IMG/VR virus record: IMGVR_UViG_3300006930_000010
Coordinates: 1 to 62,282 of that record
Reading direction: 5' to 3' (one strand)
DNA length: 62,282 nt
Source of the DNA: a virus
Taxonomy: Duplodnaviria > Caudoviricetes
Part shown: positions 51,759 to 61,120 of the stretch, piece by piece
How positions within the stretch are numbered: the stretch's first letter is position 1
Layout: each line of letters begins with the position of its first letter
Notes under the pieces: model-generated
Databases searched by the model: none
What the model was told of the DNA's origin: nothing
What the model saw: only the letters and a program-made list of their open reading frames with translations
Program-made: the position numbers and the translations under genes

Positions 51759-52078
51759 ATCATCACCTGGATCAGTTCATACCCATTACCGAGCGACGGA
51801 TAGGGGATAACCGCCTGTACTGTGGCTCTGGATATGAAGTCTGTTGCGACTTCGTCCTGGTCATGTATCTTTGATAGATATTTGGCGTCCATTATAATGG
51901 CAGTGTTTACTTGTACTTCTGTTCCCTCTCTATTAGTTATTACTTTATAGCTAGGAACACTATACCCTTTCAGCACCTCAGGAGCAGCCCAAGTGCCGTC
52001 TCCGTCAACCTCTCCGGTTTTCTTCCACCAGGTGATATCCTGCTTCATACGTTTGCGAACTTGCGCATCCATTAGCAA
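51755..52078 (-). CDS. head-closure protein
   Basis: position and size. Confidence 0.55.
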   Translation of the reverse strand: MLMDAQVRKRMKQDITWWKKTGEVDGDGTWAAPEVLKGYSVPSYKVITNREGTEVQVNTAIIMDAKYLSKIHDQDEVATDFISRATVQAVIPYPSLGNGYELIQVMI

Positions 52079-52440
52079 CCACCGTCGTCATCCATCATAC
52101 CAACCTGAAAGATCGGTACTCCTAGATCTGCCATTTGTGGAATTGTGTTTTTGATCGACTGATCGAATTTCATCTCAGCATACAGCTGTTTATACTGTTT
52201 ATACCGCTGAGACGCAGTTACCGATTCAGGTCCGATCTTATAATCGCATTCTCCTGCATACTTAGTAACTAAGTATTTCACACACACGAGGGCTGCGTAC
52301 TCTACCGTATCGTTCGTTCCTAGAAATGCATTGATCTCCTCATTCGATAACTTGGGGTCATCGACGTCAGTATCAGCAATCAGGAATCTAACCATACTCA
52401 AGTCATCCGCATTCGGATTTCCTGTATACGTCCAAGACAT
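52072..52440 (-). CDS. head-tail adaptor
   Basis: VRFLIADT...LSNEEI motif. Confidence 0.65.
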   Translation of the reverse strand: MSWTYTGNPNADDLSMVRFLIADTDVDDPKLSNEEINAFLGTNDTVEYAALVCVKYLVTKYAGECDYKIGPESVTASQRYKQYKQLYAEMKFDQSIKNTIPQMADLGVPIFQVGMMDDDGGC

Positions 52441-52450
52441 AAGTCACCTC

Positions 52451-52819
52451 CTACTTCGTAGTTGGTTTCTTTACTGCAGACTGCACCACTTTGGGAGCTA
52501 CCTTTGGAGCAACTTTCGGAGCTACTACCGGAGGAGATTCCACTTCGGCTACTTCTTCTTTTATCGGCTCTCTGCCACTTAGAAGGTAGATTTGTGGATC
52601 TAATTTGGCCTGAGTCCGGGCTTCAAGGTAGTCTAGCCAATTTGCATTGACTTTATCCTGTCCAGGGATGAACTCGATGACATCTCTATCAACCAGTCGC
52701 GATCTAAACAACTTGATCTCAGTAGGATCCTTGATAAGGTCTCCTACTAGATATACAACGCCATGAGCTTTGAATGGTCGGCGAACTACGAAGAGCCCGC
52801 CATCCGTTCCCAAATACAT
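52451..52819 (-). CDS. hypothetical head-associated protein
   Basis: after MCP; VAPK repeats. Confidence 0.6.
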   Translation of the reverse strand: MYLGTDGGLFVVRRPFKAHGVVYLVGDLIKDPTEIKLFRSRLVDRDVIEFIPGQDKVNANWLDYLEARTQAKLDPQIYLLSGREPIKEEVAEVESPPVVAPKVAPKVAPKVVQSAVKKPTTK

Positions 52820-53796
52820 TAGGCTACAATGTCCTTAAAGAAGACGCCTAGATCAGCAGCTACTTTACGCATGTCGAAAGCCATTTCTCCCTCAACACGT
52901 TCTGTATCCATTCCCAACCAAGGCATAGGAATTCGTACAACTCGGTTACCGTAAGCGCCAGCGCCCTTAAGTCCCTTCCAAGCGAAGATGTAACCAGCGG
53001 ATGGTTTCTTCAAGCCAGGACGTTTTTCAGAATAACACAGTAATGCATGTTTACCCATTACAAACTGAGTAGCTTCGGTTGCACCCTTAGCGGCAGTATT
53101 GTAAATAGCATTTGCTACATACACATTTTCAACTTCGAACAGCTGAGCAAGTAGGTCAATAGAAGCAATACCCTTCTGTGTGTATTTGATTCTATCTAAT
53201 ACGTCTGGATGTTCTAACAGAGCATCTTTGGCGTATGGGCTAAGTACCAGTGTGTTTGGTCTGTAGCCAGTGCCCTCACTCATCTTGGTAGATTCGAACT
53301 TGATAACCTTAACTGGATCAGATGTAGCTGAATCCCATTGTAAAGTTTGACCAGCGGTAGGACCAGAAGCCACACCTTGTACGTCTTTACCCCAGATACT
53401 AGGACCAAAGAAGTTAGTAGCCCAAAGGACTTCTCGTTTGATCAACAGCTTACCGGAAATGAATTCGGTAGCGTCAATGTCTGGTGTTAATGGATCATCA
53501 GAGTTCACACGATCTTGCTCGTTAATGTCTTTGTGGAAAGCGTGTACACGGCAGAAGTATGGTTCTGATTGTTCAATGTTGTAGTCGCCCCCAGCCGATT
53601 CTGTTCCGGCGGCTCGTTCTGCAGCCTCATCCCGTAAGAAGTCTCCTCTGTTGTAGATGAAGTACAAGTCAGATTGTTTCTGTACAGGAATGATTGGGAA
53701 TACTCTATCTGCGATAAAGTTTGAAGCATCCTGCATGTACGCTACCGAGATATTGGTTAGCGCTCTGTCAATATGGATCTGTTGTCTTGTTGGCAT
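52819..53796 (-). CDS. major capsid protein
   Basis: LTNISVAY...FIADRVFP, RPNTLVL; position. Confidence 0.85.
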   Translation of the reverse strand: MPTRQQIHIDRALTNISVAYMQDASNFIADRVFPIIPVQKQSDLYFIYNRGDFLRDEAAERAAGTESAGGDYNIEQSEPYFCRVHAFHKDINEQDRVNSDDPLTPDIDATEFISGKLLIKREVLWATNFFGPSIWGKDVQGVASGPTAGQTLQWDSATSDPVKVIKFESTKMSEGTGYRPNTLVLSPYAKDALLEHPDVLDRIKYTQKGIASIDLLAQLFEVENVYVANAIYNTAAKGATEATQFVMGKHALLCYSEKRPGLKKPSAGYIFAWKGLKGAGAYGNRVVRIPMPWLGMDTERVEGEMAFDMRKVAADLGVFFKDIVA

Positions 53797-53809
53797 CCTT
53801 TAATCCTCC

Positions 53810-54157
53810 TTATTTCAATAGAATACTGCCAATAGAGTTAGCAGCTCCACCAACCAAGCAAATCCCTAAGGACTTTCCTGTGTTCAGTGGGATAGCTAAT
53901 CCTGCAGCATTGCTCTCTACTTCTTGCCCTGCGGTTAAAGTAGCACCGATGGTGATAAATGATACACCATTTGTCATAACTCGTGTAGGTTCTCCTACGA
54001 TACCTGGGATCTGGATGACTCCAGCGGCTGCTACGCCTGCCCCAGCTAAAGCTAACTTACCGTTAGCGTCAACAACACCAAATTTATGCTTATTAGCGTC
54101 CATAGTGGTAGCTGGCATTAATGTGATCGCTTGTCCTGGTTGTTCGAATGCTTTCAT
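53810..54157 (-). CDS. capsid decoration/cement protein
   Basis: small Gly/Ala-rich beta protein before MCP. Confidence 0.65.
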   Translation of the reverse strand: MKAFEQPGQAITLMPATTMDANKHKFGVVDANGKLALAGAGVAAAGVIQIPGIVGEPTRVMTNGVSFITIGATLTAGQEVESNAAGLAIPLNTGKSLGICLVGGAANSIGSILLK

Positions 54158-54169
54158 CTAAATTCCTCC

Positions 54170-54958
54170 TTATGATCTCAGCGCGTCTACATAGGTTTTA
54201 TATAGAGCAGGCTGTTGTTCCATGACCATCTCGATGGCCTTCTCTTTAGAGATATTACCTTTGACTACTAATGAGTCCGCAGTTTTCTCAATCGTGGCCC
54301 AAGCAGCGTCAGCATCACTGCCAGTTGCTCCAGTTCCACCGGTTCCTACTTCTTTAAAGGCATTTCCTTTTTCAATCAGAACATTTACTGATTTCAAGAT
54401 GTCCATGACTTTGTCGACAGCACCGTCAATGCTCTTAACGCTCTTCAGTAGCTCAACTACCTTAACGTCAGCTTCAGGTACAAAAGCAACTTCTTTAGCT
54501 TTCGCTACGAATTCTACTGCTTCTGCATTTTCCTGCATTTTCTGAATAGCCACTTCAGCAGCTTTGGTTTTTGCAATGTTACTTTCTAACAGTGCGCGGA
54601 TAGCTGGATCCAAGTCGGTGCTTTTCAGAATTTCTTCAGCTGACTTGTTTTCAGTCTTAACCTCCAATTGAGCTTTAAGCTTGGCTACTTCACCCTCTGC
54701 GGCTAACGCTTTGGCTTCTGCGGTTTCTAGATCGGTCTTAGGTACTAAACCTTCTGGAACTTCTGCTTTGGCTTTAGTGATAGCTTCGTTTACTAGAGTC
54801 TGTTGATCTTCTGGCAAACTTTTTACAATTGTTTCAAAATCCATAATACTCCCTCCTTCTTGGGTCTTTCTTTTGTAGAGTTTAATATGAGCATCACTAC
54901 ATGAACCTTCGTCCACAAGTGCTACTTTTGTAATGATGAGGTCTAACAACTTAGTCAT
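54170..54958 (-). CDS. scaffold protein
   Basis: VALVD N-terminus, long acidic helical body. Confidence 0.65.
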   Translation of the reverse strand: MTKLLDLIITKVALVDEGSCSDAHIKLYKRKTQEGGSIMDFETIVKSLPEDQQTLVNEAITKAKAEVPEGLVPKTDLETAEAKALAAEGEVAKLKAQLEVKTENKSAEEILKSTDLDPAIRALLESNIAKTKAAEVAIQKMQENAEAVEFVAKAKEVAFVPEADVKVVELLKSVKSIDGAVDKVMDILKSVNVLIEKGNAFKEVGTGGTGATGSDADAAWATIEKTADSLVVKGNISKEKAIEMVMEQQPALYKTYVDALRS

Positions 54959-55361
54959 TGACTACCTCCTGCCTTTTGGCGGTTCCCTCAATAGAGAACA
55001 TTTTATACACACCACTCTTGACTTTTTGATAAGCAACACGATCGTCGATCTTGAAACCTACCCACCAGCCCTCAGGTACAATCCCTTCTGGGATTCCCAT
55101 TGTGGCCATCTTGGCTTTTGTAAACATCACAGATTCAACCAAAGCACCATTAACTGAGTTGGGAGCGTGCATGTCATTAGACTCTCTAAAGTCTAAATTA
55201 AACTTATACACGGCAGTTTCTAAGGTTTCTGGATCTATAATATCTCCTTGCCAATCAAGAGGGTAACTACCAGTGGCGTCCTTCGCAACCGATGCCCATC
55301 CAAAGACTAGTTGTTCATCGTCATTCGACTTTGCTATCTTCAGGCTTTGCTGGTTTTCCAT
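54951..55361 (-). CDS. XkdF-like putative prohead protease
   Basis: LVFGWASV, DMH, VES, WWVGFK, FSIEG. Confidence 0.75.
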   Translation of the reverse strand: MENQQSLKIAKSNDDEQLVFGWASVAKDATGSYPLDWQGDIIDPETLETAVYKFNLDFRESNDMHAPNSVNGALVESVMFTKAKMATMGIPEGIVPEGWWVGFKIDDRVAYQKVKSGVYKMFSIEGTAKRQEVVND

Positions 55362-56736
55362 CTACTGGTACCTCCTTTTCATTTGGTAATCCTGTCTGAA
55401 CAAGTGGTGGATTTTCTGCCAGCTCTAAAGCCGACTCCAGCCCCTTATCATAAATCTTTTGTTTCAGTTCGAGCACCTCTGCAGCATTTGCTGGCATGGA
55501 TGATACCTTACGGATATACTCTTCCAATGCTGGGTCTTTCACATTCATACCTACGCTAGACATTGAGGTTAACATTTTCGATAACTGCTCTAAATCCGGT
55601 GTTTCAACTTCATCTGGCTTGATCGTGGGGTAGTTGTCTACCTCCCAATTATTCATTTCCAGTAGTCGTGGTATCTCTTGTGTATTGACCACTCCAGCTA
55701 TAATAGCTAACAATGTTTCCAATGAAGCACAAAGCAAACTTTTCTTAACATCGGCTAACGCAAATGATCCTACTTTATCTGCTCCCAACATGACGATATC
55801 AGCGAGTAACGTAATGGCTATTCGTTGATCATATCTGTTTAGTATCTCATTGGTATCGAACTGCCTCTGTGACCCTGTGCTTAGAAGTTTTAGTTCCCAA
55901 CCAAACGGGTACACAACGCCCTCTGACTGGTCTCTCCGGATGTTCTTGACGAGTTGCTCTGATAGGTTCTTCAATACAACCATCTCAGGATCTGTGGCTT
56001 CCCAAATATTCACACCTTCTGGTGGAATCAATACAGGCAAACCAGCAAGATCTCGTTCAATCCCGATACCCTCTATCTCCTCAATCCTCTTTTTAAAGAA
56101 CCAAGGTCGATATGCATTTCTCAGAAGGGATCTGCCGTAGGGGTTACCAAATTCGTTTTCAGTCTTGAAGTGCAAGGCTTTTTCGATTGGGATCCGTCGA
56201 ATCCTGTAATCTGGTGCAGCCTGCTGCAACAAAGCTAGTATTTCTCCATTCTCTTGGTCGATATCCCAACCATAACACGTTAATTGTGATCGTCCTGGAA
56301 GCTTGCGCCAACCAATCTTACCGTCCTTAAACTTACTGTTTAGTCGTTTATCTCTGTTTCGACCAGCTCTGATCTTGTATACCACCTCGTGATAACTCCA
56401 ACCAAAGACCAACGAGGTTAACACCTCTCCAATAAAGTCGCCCCAGCTGGACTCCATATCGTCCATACATGTCTGTATAAACTCTGCAGCCTCTAAATCT
56501 GTTGCAGATCCACCTCCCGGAACAACCTGCCACATTACACGTCTTACTAATTGCTTCGACATGTATACAATAGCCCCGATAGTAGGATCGTTCTTAGACA
56601 TCTCCTCAAACACCTTGCCAGCCTGTGGCCAGTTTAGTTGAGGTATAAAGTCATTTCGAACAAAATCTCCACTGAAGTCGAATCCAGCAATACCATACTC
56701 AGATAGAACCTTCTCTACTCGCTCTTCTTCGTTCAC
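55321..56736 (-). CDS. portal protein
   Basis: FGWSYHEVVY, NPYGRSLLR, GSFAL; follows TerL. Confidence 0.85.
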   Translation of the reverse strand: MNEEERVEKVLSEYGIAGFDFSGDFVRNDFIPQLNWPQAGKVFEEMSKNDPTIGAIVYMSKQLVRRVMWQVVPGGGSATDLEAAEFIQTCMDDMESSWGDFIGEVLTSLVFGWSYHEVVYKIRAGRNRDKRLNSKFKDGKIGWRKLPGRSQLTCYGWDIDQENGEILALLQQAAPDYRIRRIPIEKALHFKTENEFGNPYGRSLLRNAYRPWFFKKRIEEIEGIGIERDLAGLPVLIPPEGVNIWEATDPEMVVLKNLSEQLVKNIRRDQSEGVVYPFGWELKLLSTGSQRQFDTNEILNRYDQRIAITLLADIVMLGADKVGSFALADVKKSLLCASLETLLAIIAGVVNTQEIPRLLEMNNWEVDNYPTIKPDEVETPDLEQLSKMLTSMSSVGMNVKDPALEEYIRKVSSMPANAAEVLELKQKIYDKGLESALELAENPPLVQTGLPNEKEVPVDGKPAKPEDSKVE

Positions 56737-56759
56737 AATTGTTTCACCTCCTTCCCCTA

Positions 56760-58178
56760 TTAACCGTAGTACGAAGCCTCATCCCAGTAACTGACCTGCT
56801 CTCCAACTATTGTTGGGAACTGACCCGTGTAACTTGGTGTTGATGATAATACTGCGATGGCTCCTGATAGAGCATCGATGATATCATCGTGCGATCCACC
56901 AGGAAAACTCTCTGCTTCATTAAAGAATTCCACAATATTCGGACATGTACTTAGAATCTTAATTCTCTGCTTAGCTGCCAATGCACTTACTGGATTGGCT
57001 CGTTCCACTTTATTACCAGAACTTCTAATACCTGTAAACTTATATCCTTTGAATACATTGTCCTCATAGTGTTTAAGAGCTATAATCCCCGAACTACCCG
57101 GTTCTTGTTCCATACAGATCGGAACCTTTTTGCCATCACTCATAGCCACCTGCTTTTGGTCAACTTGAGTTTCTCCTGGAGCTTTTCTAACTCGGAAGAT
57201 GTCCTCTATGTAGTATATTCCACGATAGTGACTTACTTTAATCCCTACGGTGTAATCTGGATCTGCACTCTTACGTTTTCTCTTAGCAACTTCTGGATCA
57301 GTAGCGGCCATATCCCAATATCGAACAGTTTGTCGGTACGGAGGTAGCATATCTACTGCCTGAAACCACTCTCTTTTGAACATATTCCCCTTACGGACAA
57401 TAGTCCAAACACCATCTCGTAGACGGGCTCGAGTAACTGGATCAAGAACTTCCAGCATTTCTCGGTATTCATCTGCATCTAGGTAAGGGTTATCGTCCAT
57501 ACCGGCAGGAACGAACAATACACCAGGCTTTTTCGTCTCTGGATTAACAAATCTGTTATATACCCAGATACCCTGATCATCATCTGGTGGATTTGACGTT
57601 CCTCTTACCTTTATTGGGATGTCTACGCCCTTTAATCGACGTAGTCGTGAGAATATATACTTATAGTTGGTCTCGGACATATGTACGAGCTCATCAAATC
57701 CTGCATACTGGTACTCACCACCCTGGTAATTGTACTTGTCGTTCTCATTTTCCAGATAACCGAACTGTAATACCGATACTGTATCAGTATGTCGTCCATA
57801 TCGTTCGATGAATTCGAACTTACGATCCTTCTCACGCCATACAACGTTGTCAAATCGAGATAACCACTCTTTAGCTCTGTCGATGAGAGCTCCCGGTTTT
57901 ACTAAATCAGCAAATGTCTGCCTAAACAGTATCGCCGAATACCCTTTCACGTCGCTATATTGCAACGCATCCATAAGTAACGCGTCTGATTTACCGCCAC
58001 CAGCGGAGCCCCCAAAGAATGCTTCCCTACACTGTAGGTTCATAAATACCTGTTGTTTCGGTGTTGGAGTATGTAAACTATACTTTAAGCTCTTAGGCTC
58101 TAGCATCGTCAACATTTCTCGTATTTGCTTTCCGTTCAGTTGGTGGATTTTGTTCCAATCAATGTTGGCTTCCATCAT
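56760..58178 (-). CDS. terminase large subunit
   Basis: GGSAGGGKS, FDEL, SNP, WDMA, HDDIIDA. Confidence 0.93.
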   Translation of the reverse strand: MMEANIDWNKIHQLNGKQIREMLTMLEPKSLKYSLHTPTPKQQVFMNLQCREAFFGGSAGGGKSDALLMDALQYSDVKGYSAILFRQTFADLVKPGALIDRAKEWLSRFDNVVWREKDRKFEFIERYGRHTDTVSVLQFGYLENENDKYNYQGGEYQYAGFDELVHMSETNYKYIFSRLRRLKGVDIPIKVRGTSNPPDDDQGIWVYNRFVNPETKKPGVLFVPAGMDDNPYLDADEYREMLEVLDPVTRARLRDGVWTIVRKGNMFKREWFQAVDMLPPYRQTVRYWDMAATDPEVAKRKRKSADPDYTVGIKVSHYRGIYYIEDIFRVRKAPGETQVDQKQVAMSDGKKVPICMEQEPGSSGIIALKHYEDNVFKGYKFTGIRSSGNKVERANPVSALAAKQRIKILSTCPNIVEFFNEAESFPGGSHDDIIDALSGAIAVLSSTPSYTGQFPTIVGEQVSYWDEASYYG

Positions 58179-59028
58179 CTATCACCTCAGCTTCTACAAT
58201 CTCAACTTCTGCCTCAGGCTCGATTAGTCCCAACTTGTTCATAACGTTTAATACCTGCGACAGTCTTGTCTTGTCTTCTTCTAGCTTCCCAGTTACTAGC
58301 TGAGGAGCTTCTCCAGATCCTCCACTAACGGCACCCACATTGTTCTGAATATTCAGAATTTGTCGTGGAGCACCTCTGCCTTCCATAGAAGCCATACCAG
58401 TGGAGGCTCTTTCTAGCTTTACAGCCACGTCTAACATTTGCATTGCAACTTTAGGTGTCAGTAAATCTTCGTGTTCGAGGAGATATTTAGAACTGATTCG
58501 GTACAACTGTTCTGCTGTAGTAGCATGTCTATGTTCTATTTCAGCTCGTCTGAGTTCTAATTGTTCTTGTCTTTCCTGCTCTACGTAATTATCATAGGCT
58601 GTGACTCTTGCCTGCCAATGATAAGCCTGTCGGATAATCTCGACATGCTTGACTGCACTACCGACTTCCGCAGCGAGCTTAAATACTGCTCGTGATTCCT
58701 TCGTTGTGCGCATATTACGATAACGTTTAAACAGTCCATAGAACTCTATGGGTTCTCCATCCATGTGTTCCCAGATCGGGATTCCTTCGATGGTGGGCAG
58801 ACCCTCCAGATAACTTATCGGAAGGACTGCCCCCTCGGGAGGATTGTCTAATAGGTCATCTATGGGGGTGCGGAAGCCCGTCGCTAACAGAGCTTGAGGA
58901 TTGACCAATGACGTTGGACGTCCATATGTATCCAAAGGTTGCGCGTTCTGTAATTGTCCAACATATCTTTTCAGTGTGGACATCATATCGACATAAGGTT
59001 GATCCCATTTCGCTAATTCTGTTGCCAT
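58159..59028 (-). CDS. hypothetical protein, candidate terminase small subunit
   Basis: GAGGAG RBS before MATEL; upstream of TerL; FKRYRNM...WQARVTAYD. Confidence 0.55.
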   Translation of the reverse strand: MATELAKWDQPYVDMMSTLKRYVGQLQNAQPLDTYGRPTSLVNPQALLATGFRTPIDDLLDNPPEGAVLPISYLEGLPTIEGIPIWEHMDGEPIEFYGLFKRYRNMRTTKESRAVFKLAAEVGSAVKHVEIIRQAYHWQARVTAYDNYVEQERQEQLELRRAEIEHRHATTAEQLYRISSKYLLEHEDLLTPKVAMQMLDVAVKLERASTGMASMEGRGAPRQILNIQNNVGAVSGGSGEAPQLVTGKLEEDKTRLSQVLNVMNKLGLIEPEAEVEIVEAEVIDDGSQH

Positions 59029-59063
59029 TGTTGATTTCTCCTCTCCCAAGATCCTATATTAAC

Positions 59064-59092
59064 ATTATCCTATATTCGTCGAAATAAGTCAA
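59064..59092 (-). promoter_or_regulatory. promoter for structural operon
   Basis: TTGACT-17-GATAAT on - strand. Confidence 0.6.
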
Positions 59093-59532
59093 CGATTATC
59101 CCAATTATTTTTATTATCTCTACGCGTGCCGGCGACGCTATCTATGCACGGTACAGGCACCTTCGATCCTAGTTGCCCAAAGAAACCTCGAGTGAGGTCG
59201 ACCTACGGCCTACCTCCCTGAGTACCATTTGTTGAGGGCCCACTGGCGTAGCTAGCTTCCGGCGGCTGTGTCTGGGACCTATGATCCCAACAGTCCATGG
59301 ACATTTGTACATGGTATTAGACTGCGACCGCGCAGTTTATTTCTCACGACCGCGGGAGCGGGTGCAAAGCTATCTTCCTGGTCTAGCGTTAGCCTCATAT
59401 GCTGCGCATATTCGGAATGGGTGCAAAGCTATCAGCTTGTCTCGGCTGACCTCATGCGTTTCACGCATTCGGGTGGGATCACTGAGATGCGGTATGTTAT
59501 GACGGGAGAGTGGGAAAGCAACTTACTGCACC

Positions 59533-59582
59533 ACTTTATTAGTTTAAAGTGGTTTTGCTTTATTAGTTTAATGTGGTAAAGT
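59533..59582. repeat. two copies of 26-bp quasi-palindrome (left boundary of island)
   Basis: ACTTTATTAGTTTAAAGTGGTTTTGC, GCTTTATTAGTTTAATGTGGTAAAGT. Confidence 0.75.
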
Positions 59583-59791
59583 ATTTATATTAATTTAGTA
59601 TGATTGATTAGATAGTAGTTTAGTATGAATTAATTGATAGTTGTTTAGTATGTTTTAATTTATATTAATTTAGTATGATTAATATTATATTAGTTTGATA
59701 TGTGATATAGTATAGTAGTATAGTATGATATAATATATATAGTATAGTAGTATGGTATATAGTATAGTATATAGATATGTTATATATGATA

Positions 59792-59870
59792 GGGGTATAT
59801 AGGGGGGGTATATAGGGTATATATGTGGGGGGTATATAGGGGGGTATATAGATGGGTGTATATAGGGGGG
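59792..59870 (+). repeat. G-run/TATATA repeat, potential G-quadruplex
   Basis: seven G3-G7 runs separated by TATATA-like linkers. Confidence 0.8.
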
Positions 59871-59891
59871 AAAATAAAGTTAAAATAATAG

Positions 59892-59920
59892 TTGATTTAT
59901 AGTAGTAGTTAATGTATAAT
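59892..59920 (+). promoter_or_regulatory. C-free sigma-A-type promoter P1
   Basis: TTGATT-17-TATAAT. Confidence 0.8.
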
Positions 59921-59953
59921 ATAATTAAGAAATAAATAAATGAGAGGTTTGAA

Positions 59954-60199
59954 ATGAAGTTTAATAATTTTAAAGATGTTGAGAAGTATTTAGGATATGA
60001 GTTAGATTATGAGTATGATTTAGATGAAGTTGTTGGTGGTAATGATTATTATGTATATGAAGATGGAGAGTTTGAAGATATGATAATGGTTGTAAATGAT
60101 TGTTATTATTGGGTGGTAATAAGAGATGATGAAGTTAGATTTGTGTTAGAGGATGATGAGATTGAAAGAAAGATAATAGAGGATATATTGGGATTATAA
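59954..60199 (+). CDS. acidic early protein (no A/P/T/Q/H)
   Basis: GAGG RBS, own promoter, paralog of 61121-61378. Confidence 0.85.
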   Translation: MKFNNFKDVEKYLGYELDYEYDLDEVVGGNDYYVYEDGEFEDMIMVVNDCYYWVVIRDDEVRFVLEDDEIERKIIEDILGL

Positions 60200-60243
60200 G
60201 ATTAGGGTGGGTGGGTGGGAATAATAAATAATTAAAATAGTAG

Positions 60244-60272
60244 TTGATATATAGTAGTATTTGTAGTATAAT
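60244..60272 (+). promoter_or_regulatory. C-free promoter P2
   Basis: TTGATA-17-TATAAT. Confidence 0.8.
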
Positions 60273-60306
60273 ATAATTAAGAAATAAATAAATGGAGGTT
60301 TTAGAA

Positions 60307-60696
60307 ATGAAGTTTAAGAATGATGTAGTAAATGTAGAGTTTGATTTGGTAGAGTTGTTTGTGAAGAATTTGAATAATGAGAAGAGTAAAGTTGTAAGAT
60401 GTAAGAGTAAGAGTGAAGTTTTTAGAGTGTTGTATGATTTGGGAATGGATGTAAGTGAGATTAGTAGAGAAGGAGGGTGTCATTTTAGTTTTGTGTATGG
60501 AGTAGTGAGTAAAGGTTGTAAGATGAGAGAGAAAAAGAGTGGTAGTAAGAGTGATGTGATTAGAAAGATGGTATTGGAAGGAAAGAGTTGTGGTGAGATT
60601 AGTAAAGAGTTGAATAGTAATTATAGTTTTGTGTTTAGTGTTGTTAAGAAGTATAAGAATAGTGATGAGTATAAGAAAGTAGAAAAAGTGATTTAA
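60307..60696 (+). CDS. tandem HTH-repeat DNA-binding protein
   Basis: GGAGG RBS; two SKS..(F/I)R.....G....EIS.E....(F/Y)SFV repeats. Confidence 0.85.
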   Translation: MKFKNDVVNVEFDLVELFVKNLNNEKSKVVRCKSKSEVFRVLYDLGMDVSEISREGGCHFSFVYGVVSKGCKMREKKSGSKSDVIRKMVLEGKSCGEISKELNSNYSFVFSVVKKYKNSDEYKKVEKVI

Positions 60697-60706
60697 TAGA
60701 AGATAG

Positions 60707-60746
60707 AAAATAATTATTATGTAGAGATATGTAATAATTATTTTTT
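60707..60746 (+). terminator. C-free hairpin terminator
   Basis: 17-bp stem with 2 G-U pairs, GAGA loop, U tract. Confidence 0.7.
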
Positions 60747-60756
60747 AATTTAATTG

Positions 60757-60785
60757 TTGTTTTTTATTGGTGTTTATGTTATAAT
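60757..60785 (+). promoter_or_regulatory. C-free promoter P3
   Basis: TTGTTT-17-TATAAT with TG extended -10. Confidence 0.7.
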
Positions 60786-60819
60786 ATAATTAATAAATAA
60801 ATTATAGGAGGTTATGGTT

Positions 60820-60984
60820 ATGGATGTTAATAAGTTATTGGTGTTATTGGATGAAGATGTAAATGTGGATGATGTGTTGTTAGGATTGGATGATAATGAA
60901 AAATATTGTGTGTTAAATTTGATGTTGGTGTTTGATAAGTTAGATGGTAAGTTTGAGTTAATATTTAATAGTATTGATAAGTAA
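60820..60984 (+). CDS. small acidic protein (not in ORF track)
   Basis: AGGAGG RBS; MDVNKLLVLLDEDVNVDDVLLGLDDNEKYCVLNLMLVFDKLDGKFELIFNSIDK. Confidence 0.75.
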   Translation: MDVNKLLVLLDEDVNVDDVLLGLDDNEKYCVLNLMLVFDKLDGKFELIFNSIDK

Positions 60985-60996
60985 TAAGTAATAGTT

Positions 60997-61050
60997 ATAA
61001 ATAAAGATTAATTAATAGTTAGGAATAATTATTAATTAATTTTTATTTAT
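60997..61050 (+). terminator. C-free hairpin terminator
   Basis: 25-bp stem with 2 G-U pairs, GGAA loop. Confidence 0.7.
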
Positions 61051-61057
61051 TTAATAG

Positions 61058-61086
61058 TTGATTTATAGTATGAGTTGTGGTATAAT
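61058..61086 (+). promoter_or_regulatory. C-free promoter P4
   Basis: TTGATT-17-TATAAT with TG extended -10. Confidence 0.8.
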
Positions 61087-61120
61087 ATAATTAAGAAGTA
61101 AATAAATAGGAGGTTTAGAG

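Noticed and set aside
59268-59579. ORFs 59268-59579 and 59281-59502
   Set aside because: No clear RBS, atypical composition, overlap repeats; likely non-coding.
60301-60483. - strand 60-aa ORF in the island
   Set aside because: Exists only because the sole C creates an ATG on the - strand; antisense to a well-signalled gene and no G for an RBS.
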